A stretch of 64,000 nucleotides of DNA from positions 960,001 through 1,024,000 of the forward strand of contig CAVPCT010000005.1 in assembly GCA_963702475.1 (NCBI GenBank). Direction: 5' to 3'. Source of the DNA: an uncultured Thermoleophilia bacterium. Lineage in GTDB: Bacteria > Actinomycetota > Thermoleophilia > UBA2241. The translations under genes and the position numbers were made by a program. The notes below the pieces were generated by a model, which searched no databases, had not been told where the DNA came from, and saw only the letters and a list, made by a program, of their open reading frames with translations. Positions 52,401-62,421 of the stretch are shown in pieces; the stretch's first letter is position 1, and each line of letters starts with the position of its first letter.

Positions 52401-52701
52401 CGAGCTCCACCGGCAGGCCGTGCGTGTCCCAGCCGGCCTTGCGCGGCACGCGGTAGCCGCGCATGGTCTTGTAGCGTGGGAAGAGGTCCTTGAAGATGCG
52501 CGACACCACGTGGTGCGAACCCGGCTTGCCGTTGGCCGTGGGCGGGCCCTCGTAGAACACGAACACCGGCGCGTCGGCGCGGCCCTCGAGGCTCTTCTCG
52601 AAGATCTGGTGTTCCTTCCAGAACGCCAGGACACGGGCGTCGAGCGCCGGGAAGTCCACGCGCGGGGAGACGTCCTGGAATCGGGGCTTTCTCTGGCTCA
52701 C
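49495..52701 (-). CDS. ileS: Isoleucine--tRNA ligase, type 2
   Basis: EGPPTANG, GWDTHGLP, WTTTPWTL, DWALSR.RYWG, KMSKSKGN, type-2 C-terminus (EGVARELV). Confidence 0.97.
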   Translation of the reverse strand: MSQRKPRFQDVSPRVDFPALDARVLAFWKEHQIFEKSLEGRADAPVFVFYEGPPTANGKPGSHHVVSRIFKDLFPRYKTMRGYRVPRKAGWDTHGLPVELEVERRLGIDGKQQIEEYGVAEFNRLCKESVTAYLAEWERFTERIGFWVDLEDAYYTYTNGYIETVWWLLRQIWDKGLLYEGHKVVPYCPRCGTAISSHEVAQGYKDVTEDSIYVRFPLTPEAAQRVTGEPGKGVSLAVWTTTPWTLISNVAAAVHPDVEYALVESRGERFIVARDLVEGVLGKKAVVERELKGAELLGLDYEAPFGFMTPDRRAHFVIGGDYVTTTDGTGIVHTAPAFGEEDMRVGLENDLPVVNAVDLEGRFIAEVTPWAGVWVKDADPAITEDLKQRGLLLGVEPYEHSYPFCWRCDTPLLYYAKETWYIRTTAMKEQLLKANDAVVWHPEHIKTGRFGEWLAGNVDWALSRDRYWGTPLPVWRCEHGHLHCVGSIAELREMAAGPVPDDLELHRPYVDDVVLTCPECGEGMHRVAEVIDAWFDSGSMPFAQWHYPFENEELFRERFPADFIAEAIDQTRGWFYSLLAVATLIEGRSSYKRVLCLGHILDAEGQKMSKSKGNVIQPDDILDHQGADAFRWFMFSSQQPWSPRRFGAEMVDEVVRKFLLTLWNTYSFFTVYANIDGFDPMTEPVPLEERPLMDRWLVGELNCLVLDVTDGLEAYDATGTCRRIQGFVDDLSNWYVRRGRRRFWKSESDADKLAAYQTLYEALVTVTKLLAPFTPFVAEELYQNLVRGADASAPESVHLCAWPVVDEQAIDAGVSFDMAAARRVVEMGRAARNAAAVKTRQPLAEVVVALPQAERDSIERLREVVIDELNVKRLRLAGDESELVAYTVKPNLKVLGPRLGRQLGALQGVLREADTAALVAELRSAGSVTLSAGDGEVSLVEDDLLIETGSPEGYQVESEGGRTVALATTVDEALREEGVARELVHAVQLARKNAGLRIEDTVRLALVVPDGLAGVVERHADALRAETLATELLVGEAAGEHRETARVEGHDVVIGLSVTGTIFSGTPA

Positions 52702-52786
52702 GGGGCTCGCCTTCTGCTGGTCTCTGGCCGGAACGCCGATTTTACCAGACAGTGCCCGGCGGGCCCGGCGCCCGGAGCACGATCGC

Positions 52787-54472
52787 CTATTCGCGCTCCG
52801 CCGCATCGGAGCACGGCCGGCTTTCGCGCTCCAGCGATGCCATGCGCGCCTCTTCCTTGAGCCGCTTGATGTGACCGCGCCCGAGGCCTTTGACCTCGCA
52901 GCCGAGCTCGATGTAGCGCCTGATCCGGTCGTCGCTCAGGATGCCGAAGCAGTCGATCACGGCGATAGGCTTGCCGGCCCAGGCGACGACCTCATCCGCC
53001 GGCAGCTCGAGATACGGCGCGTGCGGGACCGCGAGGATCAGGGCGTCGATCCCCCGCATCGCCTCCTCCAGATCCTTCAGCACGCACAGATCCGTCAGGT
53101 GGTCCTGATTGCGGAAGAAGCGGGCCAGGGAATGCCCCGGAGCCGGGTAGGTGTCCTGCTTCTCGAACTCGTACCAGTGCTCCACGTACGGGTCGTGCAC
53201 GCGCATCTCCGCCCCCATCTCGGTGAGCTTGCGAACGACGATCTCCGAGCCGCTGTAGCGTGTGTCGCCGACATCCTGGCGATAGCTCGCGCCACACAGC
53301 AGTACGTCGGCGCCGGCGATGTAGCACCCCATGTTGCGCAGCGCGTCGCGCGTCAGGGTGGCGACGTGGAGGCCGCGCGTGTCGTTGATGTCGATCGCCT
53401 CCGTGCTCATGCGGAAGACCTGGTCGCCGTCCTCGAAGCCGAGGATGTGCTCGTAGGCCCAGTAGCCGAGACCGCCGTCCTTGGGCAGGCAGTAGCCGCC
53501 GATCCCCGGCCCGGGGAAGATCATGTTGTCGTGCGTCGGCCGCTTCTTGACCGCCGCGACCACCTTGAGGAGGTCGACGCCGTTGCGCTCCGCGAAGATG
53601 CTCCACTCGTTGAGGAACGCGAGGATGGTGGCGCGGTACGAGTTCTCCACGATCTTCGCGGTCTCGGACTCGATCGGCCGGTCCATGACGGTGAGCTCGT
53701 ACTCCTCCGTGTTGAGTACCCCGCGCAGGAAGCCCTCCACCCGTGCGCGGGCCTCCGCGTCGCAGCCGCTGCACACGCGCCAGAAGTCGCGGATGCTGGC
53801 CACGTACTCGCGGCCCGGCATCACGCGCTCGTAGCTGTGGGCGAGCAGCGGCGTGCCGGCCAGGCCGCGGGCGGCGAAGGCCTTCTTCAGGATCGGCCAC
53901 GCGACGAACTCGGTCGTGCCGGGCGCCACCGTGGTCTCGATCAGTACGAGGCAGTGCTCGGGGATCTTCTCGCCGACCGTCCTGAGCGTGGCCTCCAGGG
54001 CGGCCATGTCGGTCTGGCCGCTGCGCATGTTGCCGAGCTCCTGCTTGACGTAGTCGCACTGCACGTCGACGACCACGCAGTCGGCGAGCTTCAGGCAGTC
54101 GCTGTCGAAGGTCGCCGTGAGCGTCTGCTTCTCCAGCACGCAGCGCGCGATGATGGCGTCTACCTCAGGGTCCTCCGCCTTGATCGGCGAGACGCCCTGG
54201 TTGAGCATCCCGATCTTCCAGTAGCTGCGCGGGCTGGGACGCTGGCAGCCGATGACGAACCGGGCCGGTCTGCCCTCGTCGTCCGTGGAGTCGGCGACGA
54301 TGGCGGCCATCACCGCTCCCACGAAGCCGAGCCCCATGACGACCACGACCTCCTTGCCCTCACGGCGAGCCCGCGCGGCAAGGCCACTCAGGCGGCGGTA
54401 CTCGGCCGCGTAGTCTTCCTTCGCGGGCAGCGGTATCTCCTCACCGCTGGGGCTCACTGAGCACTCGGTCAT
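52787..54472 (-). CDS. Nucleotide-sugar dehydrogenase (UDP-Glc/GDP-Man/UDP-ManNAc DH family)
   Basis: GLGFVG, ETTVAPGTT, KIVENSYRA, GIGGYCLPKD. Confidence 0.92.
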   Translation of the reverse strand: MTECSVSPSGEEIPLPAKEDYAAEYRRLSGLAARARREGKEVVVVMGLGFVGAVMAAIVADSTDDEGRPARFVIGCQRPSPRSYWKIGMLNQGVSPIKAEDPEVDAIIARCVLEKQTLTATFDSDCLKLADCVVVDVQCDYVKQELGNMRSGQTDMAALEATLRTVGEKIPEHCLVLIETTVAPGTTEFVAWPILKKAFAARGLAGTPLLAHSYERVMPGREYVASIRDFWRVCSGCDAEARARVEGFLRGVLNTEEYELTVMDRPIESETAKIVENSYRATILAFLNEWSIFAERNGVDLLKVVAAVKKRPTHDNMIFPGPGIGGYCLPKDGGLGYWAYEHILGFEDGDQVFRMSTEAIDINDTRGLHVATLTRDALRNMGCYIAGADVLLCGASYRQDVGDTRYSGSEIVVRKLTEMGAEMRVHDPYVEHWYEFEKQDTYPAPGHSLARFFRNQDHLTDLCVLKDLEEAMRGIDALILAVPHAPYLELPADEVVAWAGKPIAVIDCFGILSDDRIRRYIELGCEVKGLGRGHIKRLKEEARMASLERESRPCSDAAERE

Positions 54473-54687
54473 CGCCTGGCCCCTCTCTTGCGTACCACAG
54501 CTGTTCTGCGGCGGCCCCCGTAGAGCGGCCGCCGCACGTGCCGCCATTATGGGGCAGGAAGAGGCCGAGCTGCTACGCGCGCCGTGCTCACCCGGTGCGC
54601 GTAGCAGCGAACGACGTCGCCACGCCGCCCCCACCCCGCGCCGCAGGCCCGCGCCGGCCGCGCCGGGGCCTCGTGTACACTCCCTGC

Positions 54688-55350
54688 ATGCTCGCGTTCC
54701 TCGACTACGACGGCACCCTGACCACGCATGAGTGCAACGAGATCGCGCTGCAGCGCTTCGCAGGCGACGCCTGGCGGCCCATCGAGGAGGAGCTCAAGGC
54801 CGACCGGCTCAGCCACGCCCACGGCTTCGACCTGCAGATCGGCCTGGTGCAGGCGCCGCGCGCGGAGTTCCTCGGCACGCTCGTGGACGCCGCCGTGCTC
54901 TCGCCCGGCCTCCACGAGTTCCTCGACGAGCTGCAGCGGCGCGGCGGACGAGCCGTCCTCGTGAGCGCCGGCCTGCGCGAGGCCATCGAGGCGGTCTGGC
55001 GCCGCGAAGGCCTGCCGCCCGTCGACCTGTACGCCAGCGAGCTGGTCGGCGAGGGCCCGGACGGCGGACCCCCCTACCACCTCGCGTTCAACCCCGCGCT
55101 GGGCGACTGCCCGCGCTGCGGGCCGGGCCTCTGCAAGGGCGCGCTGCTGCGCGCACTGCGGCGGCCCGGCGAGACCGTGCTGGTGTTCGGCGACGGCGCC
55201 AGCGACGTGTGCCCGGCGCGGGAGGCCGATCTCACGTTCGCGCGCGACCACCTCGCGGAGCGCTGCGCGGCCGAAGGCCTCCCCTGGCGGCCCCTGCCCG
55301 ACTTCAGGCACGTGTGGGACGAGGTCGACGCGTGGCTGACAAGCCGCTGA
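54688..55350 (+). CDS. HAD-IB phosphatase (MtnX-like)
   Basis: FLDYDGTLT, VSAG, GLCK, GDGASD. Confidence 0.88.
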   Translation: MLAFLDYDGTLTTHECNEIALQRFAGDAWRPIEEELKADRLSHAHGFDLQIGLVQAPRAEFLGTLVDAAVLSPGLHEFLDELQRRGGRAVLVSAGLREAIEAVWRREGLPPVDLYASELVGEGPDGGPPYHLAFNPALGDCPRCGPGLCKGALLRALRRPGETVLVFGDGASDVCPAREADLTFARDHLAERCAAEGLPWRPLPDFRHVWDEVDAWLTSR

Positions 55351-56717
55351 AGGCGACCGCCGGCCCGCCGCGCCGCGGCGGCGCGGCGTCCCCGGCCGGC
55401 GCGGCCGCAGGCCCCCGCCGGCCGGCCGGCGAGACCGCCCTCATCGTAGCATCCGCCGTGTCCCTGCAGGCGCTCGTCTGGGCGCTGCTGATCGTCGTGT
55501 TCTCGCAGCTGCGCCTCGGCTACGGCTTCCACGACCTCTCGGACACGTTGTGGTACCTGCACTACAAGGACCTCATCGACCAGGGCCAGCGCATCTACCG
55601 CGACTTCGCCTTCGAGTACCCGCCGCTGGCGATACCGCTGCTCCTGCTGCCGCCGAGCTCGAGCGTTGCCGCCTACGAGCTCTGGTTCGGTGCCGAGATG
55701 ATGGTCCTGTGCACCGCGGCGGCGGGGCTCACGGCGGCCGCCGCGGCCCGGTTCTGGACCGGTCTGACGCGCCCGTTCCTGGCCGGCGTCGCCTTCGCCG
55801 TGGCCGTGGCCGCCGGCGGCGCCATCACGGCGAACCGCTACGACGTAGCCGTGGCCCTCACCCTGGCCGCCTGCATGCTGTTACTCGCCCATAGGCGGCC
55901 GGCCGCGGCGGCAGGCGCTCTCGGCGCCGGCGTGGCACTCAAGCTGACGCCGGCCATGCTGCTGCCGCTCGTGCTCATCCTCGCCGAGGGTCGCCGCAGG
56001 ATCGTCTGGGCGCTCGTCGCGTTCGTCGTCCTCGCCGCGGCGCCGTTCCTGCCGTTCCTCGGCGCCCCTCAGCTCTCCACCGTCGTGACCTTCCACGCCG
56101 AGCGGCCGCTGCAGGTGGAGAGCGTGCCCGGCACCGCCTTTCTCATCGCCGGCGCCCTGGGCTCCCCCAGGGTGAGCACCGGCAACTCCTACGGCTCCCA
56201 GTTCCTCTCCGCCCCGGGCAGCACGATCGTCTCGGCCGTCTCGCCCTGGCTGGGCGTACTCGTCGTGGCGGGGATCTACGTGCTGGTCTGGCGCCGCCGG
56301 GCGTTGCTGCGGGCGGCGCCCCAGTACGTCCCGCTCGCCGCCCTGGCCTGCGTCCTTGCCTTCACCGTCTTCAACAAGGTGCTCTCGCCGCAGTTCCTCG
56401 TCTGGACGTTCCCGCTCGTGGCCCTCGTGGTCGTCGGAGAGGGGCGCGGCCAGCGCCTCTGCGGCGTCCTGACCCTGCTGGCGATCGCGCTGACCCAGGT
56501 CGAGTTCCCGGCGCGCTACTGGGCCGTCGTCGACCTGGAGCCCCGCGCGGTGGCGGTCGTCGTGGTCCGCAACCTCGTCCTGGCGGCGGCGACGCTCGCG
56601 GCCGTCGACGCTCTCTGGCGCCTGCCGGCTGAGCCGCCTGAGCCGGAACGCGCGCTATCGCAGGGCGCCCCTCGCGCGGCCGGCGGCGCGGTTTCTGAGG
56701 CGCCGCCGGTCGCGTAA
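55332..56717 (+). CDS. GT87/DUF2029-like membrane glycosyltransferase
   Basis: EYPPLA, NRYD, KLTP, RPLQVES, KVLSPQF. Confidence 0.85.
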   Translation: MADKPLKATAGPPRRGGAASPAGAAAGPRRPAGETALIVASAVSLQALVWALLIVVFSQLRLGYGFHDLSDTLWYLHYKDLIDQGQRIYRDFAFEYPPLAIPLLLLPPSSSVAAYELWFGAEMMVLCTAAAGLTAAAAARFWTGLTRPFLAGVAFAVAVAAGGAITANRYDVAVALTLAACMLLLAHRRPAAAAGALGAGVALKLTPAMLLPLVLILAEGRRRIVWALVAFVVLAAAPFLPFLGAPQLSTVVTFHAERPLQVESVPGTAFLIAGALGSPRVSTGNSYGSQFLSAPGSTIVSAVSPWLGVLVVAGIYVLVWRRRALLRAAPQYVPLAALACVLAFTVFNKVLSPQFLVWTFPLVALVVVGEGRGQRLCGVLTLLAIALTQVEFPARYWAVVDLEPRAVAVVVVRNLVLAAATLAAVDALWRLPAEPPEPERALSQGAPRAAGGAVSEAPPVA

Positions 56718-56792
56718 GATTGCTGCGGCCTTCAGGCGCGGCCGGCGGAGCGCCGCCGCGCCCTTCTCATGCCCACCGGGCGCAGAGGACGC

Positions 56793-57278
56793 GTGGACAC
56801 CAGACTCAAGGGCAACCTCATCCAGTTCGTCAAGTTCTGCGTCGTCGGCGGCAGCGGGGTCGTCGTCAACCTCCTTGTGTTCACCGCGGTCCTGCTGGTC
56901 TGGCGGGCCGCGGCCGGGCACCTCGCCACCGCGGCAGAGCTCACGGACTCGGTGCGCGGGTTCATCTTCGAGAAAGACACGACGGGCGTACCCACGGCGG
57001 CGGTGTACGTCGCCAACGCCGCCGGCTTCGTCGTCTCGGTGCTGACCAACTACTACCTGAACCGCCGCTGGACGTTCCGCTCCAGCGCGGCGGTAGGGGT
57101 GGAGCTCGGCAAGTTCTTCGTCGTCAGCATCGTCGCGTACCTGGCCAACCTCGCCGTCTTCTCGGCCCTGCACTCGCTCGCGCACGTGGCCCCCATCCCC
57201 AGCCAGCTCATCGCCATCGCCTGCGTCATGCCGGTCAACTTCGTGTTCAACAAGCTGTGGAGCTTCCGCGCCGCGTGA
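56793..57278 (+). CDS. GtrA family flippase-like protein
   Basis: QFVKFCVVGGSG, NYYLNRRWTF, NFVFNKLWSF. Confidence 0.9.
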   Translation: MDTRLKGNLIQFVKFCVVGGSGVVVNLLVFTAVLLVWRAAAGHLATAAELTDSVRGFIFEKDTTGVPTAAVYVANAAGFVVSVLTNYYLNRRWTFRSSAAVGVELGKFFVVSIVAYLANLAVFSALHSLAHVAPIPSQLIAIACVMPVNFVFNKLWSFRAA

Positions 57279-58585
57279 CCGCGCCCGGCGCCCGCAGCCA
57301 GACCCACCATGTGAGCGTGCCGGGCGCGCTCCTGGTGACGCTGGTCCTCACGACGCTCGTGCTGGTCGTGCTCCTCCCGCGGCTCTGGTACCGGCTGCAC
57401 GACGTCTCCGACATCACGGTGTACTTCGACTACGCCCAGCGCATCGCCAGCGGGGAGCGGCCATTCACCCCATCGTTCCCGATCGAGTACCCGCCGCTGG
57501 CGGTGCCGCTGTTCCGCCTCCCGGGGTACACTGCCGACGCCGCTGCCTACACCCACTGGTTCACGATCGACATGGGCGTGATCACGCTGCTCACGGCGGC
57601 GCTCACCGCGTTCGTCGCCTGCCGCCTGTGGCCGCTCGGCGGAAGGGCCTACGTGGCCGCCGTCCTCTTCCCCGTCTCCGTGGCCCTCATCGGCGCCATC
57701 ATCGTCAACCGCTACGACGTAGCCGTGGCGCTGCTCATCGCGGCGTTCCTGCTGTGCATCGTGAACCGCTGGTACGCGGCGGCGGCGTTCGTGCTCGGCC
57801 TCGGCTACGCCCTGAAGTTCACGCCCGCCGCGATGCTGCCGCTGGTGCTGCTCCTGTACGACAGTCCGCGGCGCTGGGTGTGGCCGGTCGTCGCCTTCGC
57901 GGCAGCTGCGGCGGCGCCGTTCGTGCCCTACCTGGTCTCGTCGCCGCGTGGCATCTGGTACGTGTTCCAGTACCACCTGGAGCGCCCCCTGCAGATAGAG
58001 AGCGTGCTGGGAACGCCGATGCTGTTCCTCAAGCTCACCGGACTCATGGAGGCGACCTGGGGCCACAGCCACGGCTCGCACATCCTGGCGGCCCGGGGCG
58101 CCGGCCTGGCCGCCGACCTCTCGGGGCCGCTCACGGTGCTCGCCGTGATCGGCGTGTACCTGCTGCTTTGGCGGCGGCGCGAGCGCCTGCGTGTCTCGCC
58201 GCCCGACGTCGCCGTGGCCGTCCTCGCCCTCATCCTGGCGCTGATGACGTTCGGCAAGGTGCTCTCGCCGCAGTACTTCATCTGGATCCTGCCGGCGTGG
58301 GCCCTGGTGGCCGCCCGCGACAAGTGGATCGCGCTGGCGGGCGGCCTGACCCTGCTGCTCACCGGCATCGAGTTCCCGGCCCTGTACTGGCGCATGCTCG
58401 ACATGCAGCCCGAGTCGGTGGCCGTGCTGGTGGCGCGCAACACGGCCCTCGTCGTGACCTTCGCGCTCGCCTGCGTGCGGCTGTGGGGGCTGCCGGAAGG
58501 GCGGGAGGGCCTGTTGACAATGCTGCCTGGCAGGGCAGGCGCAGGTGCTATCGCGACATCTCGCTCGCCGCTGAGGTCGCCATGA
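57275..58585 (+). CDS. GT87/DUF2029-like membrane glycosyltransferase (paralog)
   Basis: EYPPLA, NRYD, KFTP, RPLQIES, KVLSPQY. Confidence 0.85.
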   Translation: MTAPGARSQTHHVSVPGALLVTLVLTTLVLVVLLPRLWYRLHDVSDITVYFDYAQRIASGERPFTPSFPIEYPPLAVPLFRLPGYTADAAAYTHWFTIDMGVITLLTAALTAFVACRLWPLGGRAYVAAVLFPVSVALIGAIIVNRYDVAVALLIAAFLLCIVNRWYAAAAFVLGLGYALKFTPAAMLPLVLLLYDSPRRWVWPVVAFAAAAAAPFVPYLVSSPRGIWYVFQYHLERPLQIESVLGTPMLFLKLTGLMEATWGHSHGSHILAARGAGLAADLSGPLTVLAVIGVYLLLWRRRERLRVSPPDVAVAVLALILALMTFGKVLSPQYFIWILPAWALVAARDKWIALAGGLTLLLTGIEFPALYWRMLDMQPESVAVLVARNTALVVTFALACVRLWGLPEGREGLLTMLPGRAGAGAIATSRSPLRSP

Positions 58586-58768
58586 CAACCATGACAAACC
58601 CATGCCTGCGTGCTGTCCGGCATCACCCGCCGAGACGAGTCATGGAACTCGTCGAGGATCGAAGCAGAGCAACCGCCATAGGTGTGCGCCGACGCCGTTG
58701 GCTGGCTGTGCTAGCCGGTCGTCGTTGACGACCGCGCCGATGACTTGACTGCCGACCAGCATGGCGAT

Positions 58769-61700
58769 TCAGACGCCGGTCGGCACCAGCCGTATCCAAG
58801 CCCAGCCGAAGACCGAGTAGCTGCCGCTCAGCAGGTCGGCGTCCTGTGCGTACAGTGAGAAGGTGCCGTCGCTGACGGTCACCGAGCCGAGGCGGTACTC
58901 GGTGTGCTCGGTCGCCCCGCCGCTGCCGCCGACGGTGTCGATGGAGTAGAGCTTCGTCGCACTCGCCGAGTAGCCCCAGTAGTAGCGCATGTTGCGCCCG
59001 GTCCTCTGGGTGTAGAGGTTGGCGTACACGTCGTAGGTGCCGTTGGCGAGGCCTGAGGTGAAGAAGCGCATCGCCGGCAGCGCGTATCTCTCGTATTCGT
59101 TCGCGCCCGCCAAGACCGTCGGGAAGGGGCGCCCGGCGGTGTAGAGGAACTCGGTCCAGCGACCGTCCGACAGGTTGATGGCGGAGGTGCTCGTGGTGGT
59201 CGCCAGCACGGGGCTCTGGTGGGCGTCGTCCCAACAGTTGACGGTGACAGAGACCGGGGGGGCGGCGTCATCGTCGACGATGGTGCCGGTTGCCTGGCCG
59301 TCGGCGATGGTCGCGTTCACAGCGCCGGAGAGGCCGACGGTGAAAGTCTCGTTGGGCTCGACGAGCGTGTCTCCGGTGACCGGGACGCTCACTGTCTGCG
59401 TGATCACGCCGGCGTCGAAGGTGAGGGTGCCCGACCTGGCGGTGTAGTCGCTGCCCGCGACGGCCGTGCCGTTCGCGGTGGCGTAGGCGACGCTGACCGG
59501 CAGGCCGCTGGCCGCCGAGAGGGAGACCGTGAAGACAGCGTTGCTCGTGCCGGTGTTGCCCTCGGTCGCTGTGACGTCGTCGATGGTGAGGCCGGGGACA
59601 GTCTGAGGCGCGGAGGTCGTGAAGGTGGCGTCCGGCGAGTACGCGATGTTCCCGGCAGCGTCTCGACTCGCCACCCGGTAGTGATACTCAGTCGAGGGAG
59701 CCAGGCCGGAGATCACCTGCCGGTGACTGGTTGCCAGGGACTGGTCCAGTGACGTGCTGAGCCCATAGGCACCAGTTGTCCCGTATTCGACTTGCGACGT
59801 GGCTCCCTCGTCCGACGTCCACGAGACCGTCGCGCTAGCGGCGTCGATTTCGCTCACCGTGACGTTCGTGATGATCGGCGGGTCGGCATCGCCGGAAGTA
59901 CCGAGGGACGTCACCACCTCGGTCGAGCCGCTGAAGGCAGGCACATCGACGCGGTTCTCGTCGATGTGATCGCCGGTTGCCGTGAACACCGAGAAGGAGG
60001 TGGGGACGTCGGCGCTACCGATCAAGGTCGTCGTGGCGACACCGGTCTCTGTGTCGAAGGTCGCCCCCGAGATGCTCGACAGGGAGAGCGCCCTCACGTA
60101 GTGACACGCCCCATCCATCGTCATCGATAGAGGGCGATAGTCGGCGATCCCAACGCTGACTCCCTGCATGATGGCACGCCAGTTGCTATCGGATATGCCA
60201 CGTATGTAGTACTCGTGCGTGAAGAGCGTCGCCAGCACGCGGCTGGCGAAGGCACGCTCGAGTTGCCGCACCCCGTGGCCGATCGTGGCGGCCACATCGT
60301 TGTTCGGGGACCATTCGTAGCCGTTCTCGTCGCGGATCTCAGTGACACAGTTGAAGAAGAGACTGCCAAGGTCCGGCCTCCCCGGAACGACCAGAGGGTC
60401 CGCGTAGTACACCGGCACAGTCGAGTTGCTCAGGCCGCCTTCGTAGCGACGATACGGTCCGTTCCGCAGCCATTGAGAGCCGTACCGGGTGCCCGGCGTC
60501 ATGTGGGTCCCCACGAATTCCACGCCCCAGGCCCGAAGCCCGTCGAACACGTTGGTGCCAAACTCATAGTAGTGGGGCACGACGAACCGGGCGATGGGGA
60601 TGTCGTGCGCCTGGTGCCACTGACTGCCCTGAGAGAAGTTGGCCGCGACGACGCTGTCCGAGTAGCTGGTGCCGTTCGCGCGATCGAAGTAGAAGCTCCT
60701 CCCGGTCGAGCCTTCATCGCTGAACGCATGGATCGAGGCGGTAGCCAGACCCGCTTTGGTCAGCCCCGACAGATCGGCGGCATTCGTCTCTGAGACCTGC
60801 TCGAAGAAGAGGCCGACCCACGGTTTGAAGCCGAAGTCGTTTGCCGTGTGGATCCATGCGAAGGGACCCTTGCCATCGTCGGCTCGCATTGTGACGATGG
60901 GTGGGAGCACCTGCATCACGAACGGCTTGCGGGCCGCCCACACCATGCTGCGCCACACAAGGTCGTCGAGGCCGTGGACCGGACCCAGCACCGAGTGGGA
61001 CATCCAGTCGTAGGAGCCCCACTGCACCCCGCGTCCCTGGCCGTAGGTCGTCGTGGCGACGAACGGCTGGTCGCCCGTGACAGCCACCGCCTGGACGGCA
61101 GCGGGCAGGGTGACCCCAGCCAGCCGCATGCTCCCGGTGCTCACCGATCCGCCTGCGTCGTGGAGCGCCGTGATGTAGTGGGTCGTGGTAGGCGGAGCAT
61201 CGACGTGGGGCACGAGTCTGATCCATGCCCATCCGAAGAAGCGATATGAGCCACTGAGCAGATCGGCGTCCTGGGCGTAAAGTGAGAAGTTGCCGTCCGC
61301 GATCGTGACGGACCCCAGGCGGTACTCGGTGAACTGGGCCGTGCCTCCGGTGCCCCCGACGGTATCCACGTAGAACTGCTTCGTCGCGCTCGGAGAGTAG
61401 CCGAAGTAGTAGCGCATGTTGCGCCCGAGTACCTGTGTATACAGATTCGCGTAGACGTCTGTACGTTCCGTTGCTGATCCCGTTCGCGTAGAAGCGCATA
61501 GCCGGCAAACTGTAGGATTCGTACTCATTCGCGGCGGCGAACACAGCCGGATAGTTGCGCGCAGAGCGGTAGAGGAACTCGGTCCATCTGCCGTCGGTGG
61601 CCACCAGATTGCCCACCGATTCCGTCGTGGCCAGCACCGGGTCCTGATGAGCGTCGTCCCAGCAGTCGATCCTGGTCTCAGTGGGTGCACTACCGCCCCC

Positions 61701-62195
61701 GCCACCCGACGAGGAGAACTGCACGCCCGTCCCTGCGGACGAGCCGCCACGCCCGAAGCCGAAGATCGTCTGCAGGACGGGGTAGCGCGGGGAGCCGGCG
61801 TCAGTCCACAGGTCGTTGTCGAAGTTGACCATGCCGGTCCCGCCGGCTACGGCCGCCGAGACAGCGTTCTGCTCCGTCGTATCGAAATACGTCCCAGAGC
61901 GATCGAGTCCCCGGTGACCGATGACTATCAGGCTGTAGTCCCCGACGTCGCCCGGCACCTGCTGGGTGGCAATGTCCACAACTGTGATGGGCACGCCGAA
62001 GTTCTCGAGGTACGGCTGGATGTAGCGGGTGAAGTCCGGATGGCCCTCGCTCGAGGAATTCACCAGGACCAGCGCATCCGTGCGCAGCGGGTTCGCTGCC
62101 AAAACAGGCGTAGCTGTGCCGAGACCCAGCACGACAGTGGACAGCAGAACCCAGCCGACAAACAGGAGCGTTCTGTAGGTGCGACGGCTGCTCAT
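58769..62195 (-). CDS. Large secreted multidomain protein (deacetylase-like domain, FN3, Calx-beta, duplicated ~155-aa domain); +1 frameshift near 61460
   Basis: Signal peptide; TMRADD, HAF, PHYY, THE; GLAPSTEYHYRV FN3; TIDDVT..EG..DY..GTLTF..ETF Calx-beta; about 1140 aa when joined. Confidence 0.8.
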
Positions 62196-62421
62196 GGCAC
62201 CCCTTCCGCAAGACTGACCCCGTGGTTGACCCGACGCCCTTGCGCCGCGCAATGACGGCCGAACGCACGGTTCGCGATGGTCTTATACCACCCTGGCCGA
62301 ACTGTACGCCATTGGGGCGTCGAGGCCAGCACCACTTCCACCTACCCCGCCCTCGGTTGTCAGGACTGGCTACAGAAGTTGTCGCAAGAGGGAGCGGGCG
62401 GGCGTGAGATACTATCGTGTC

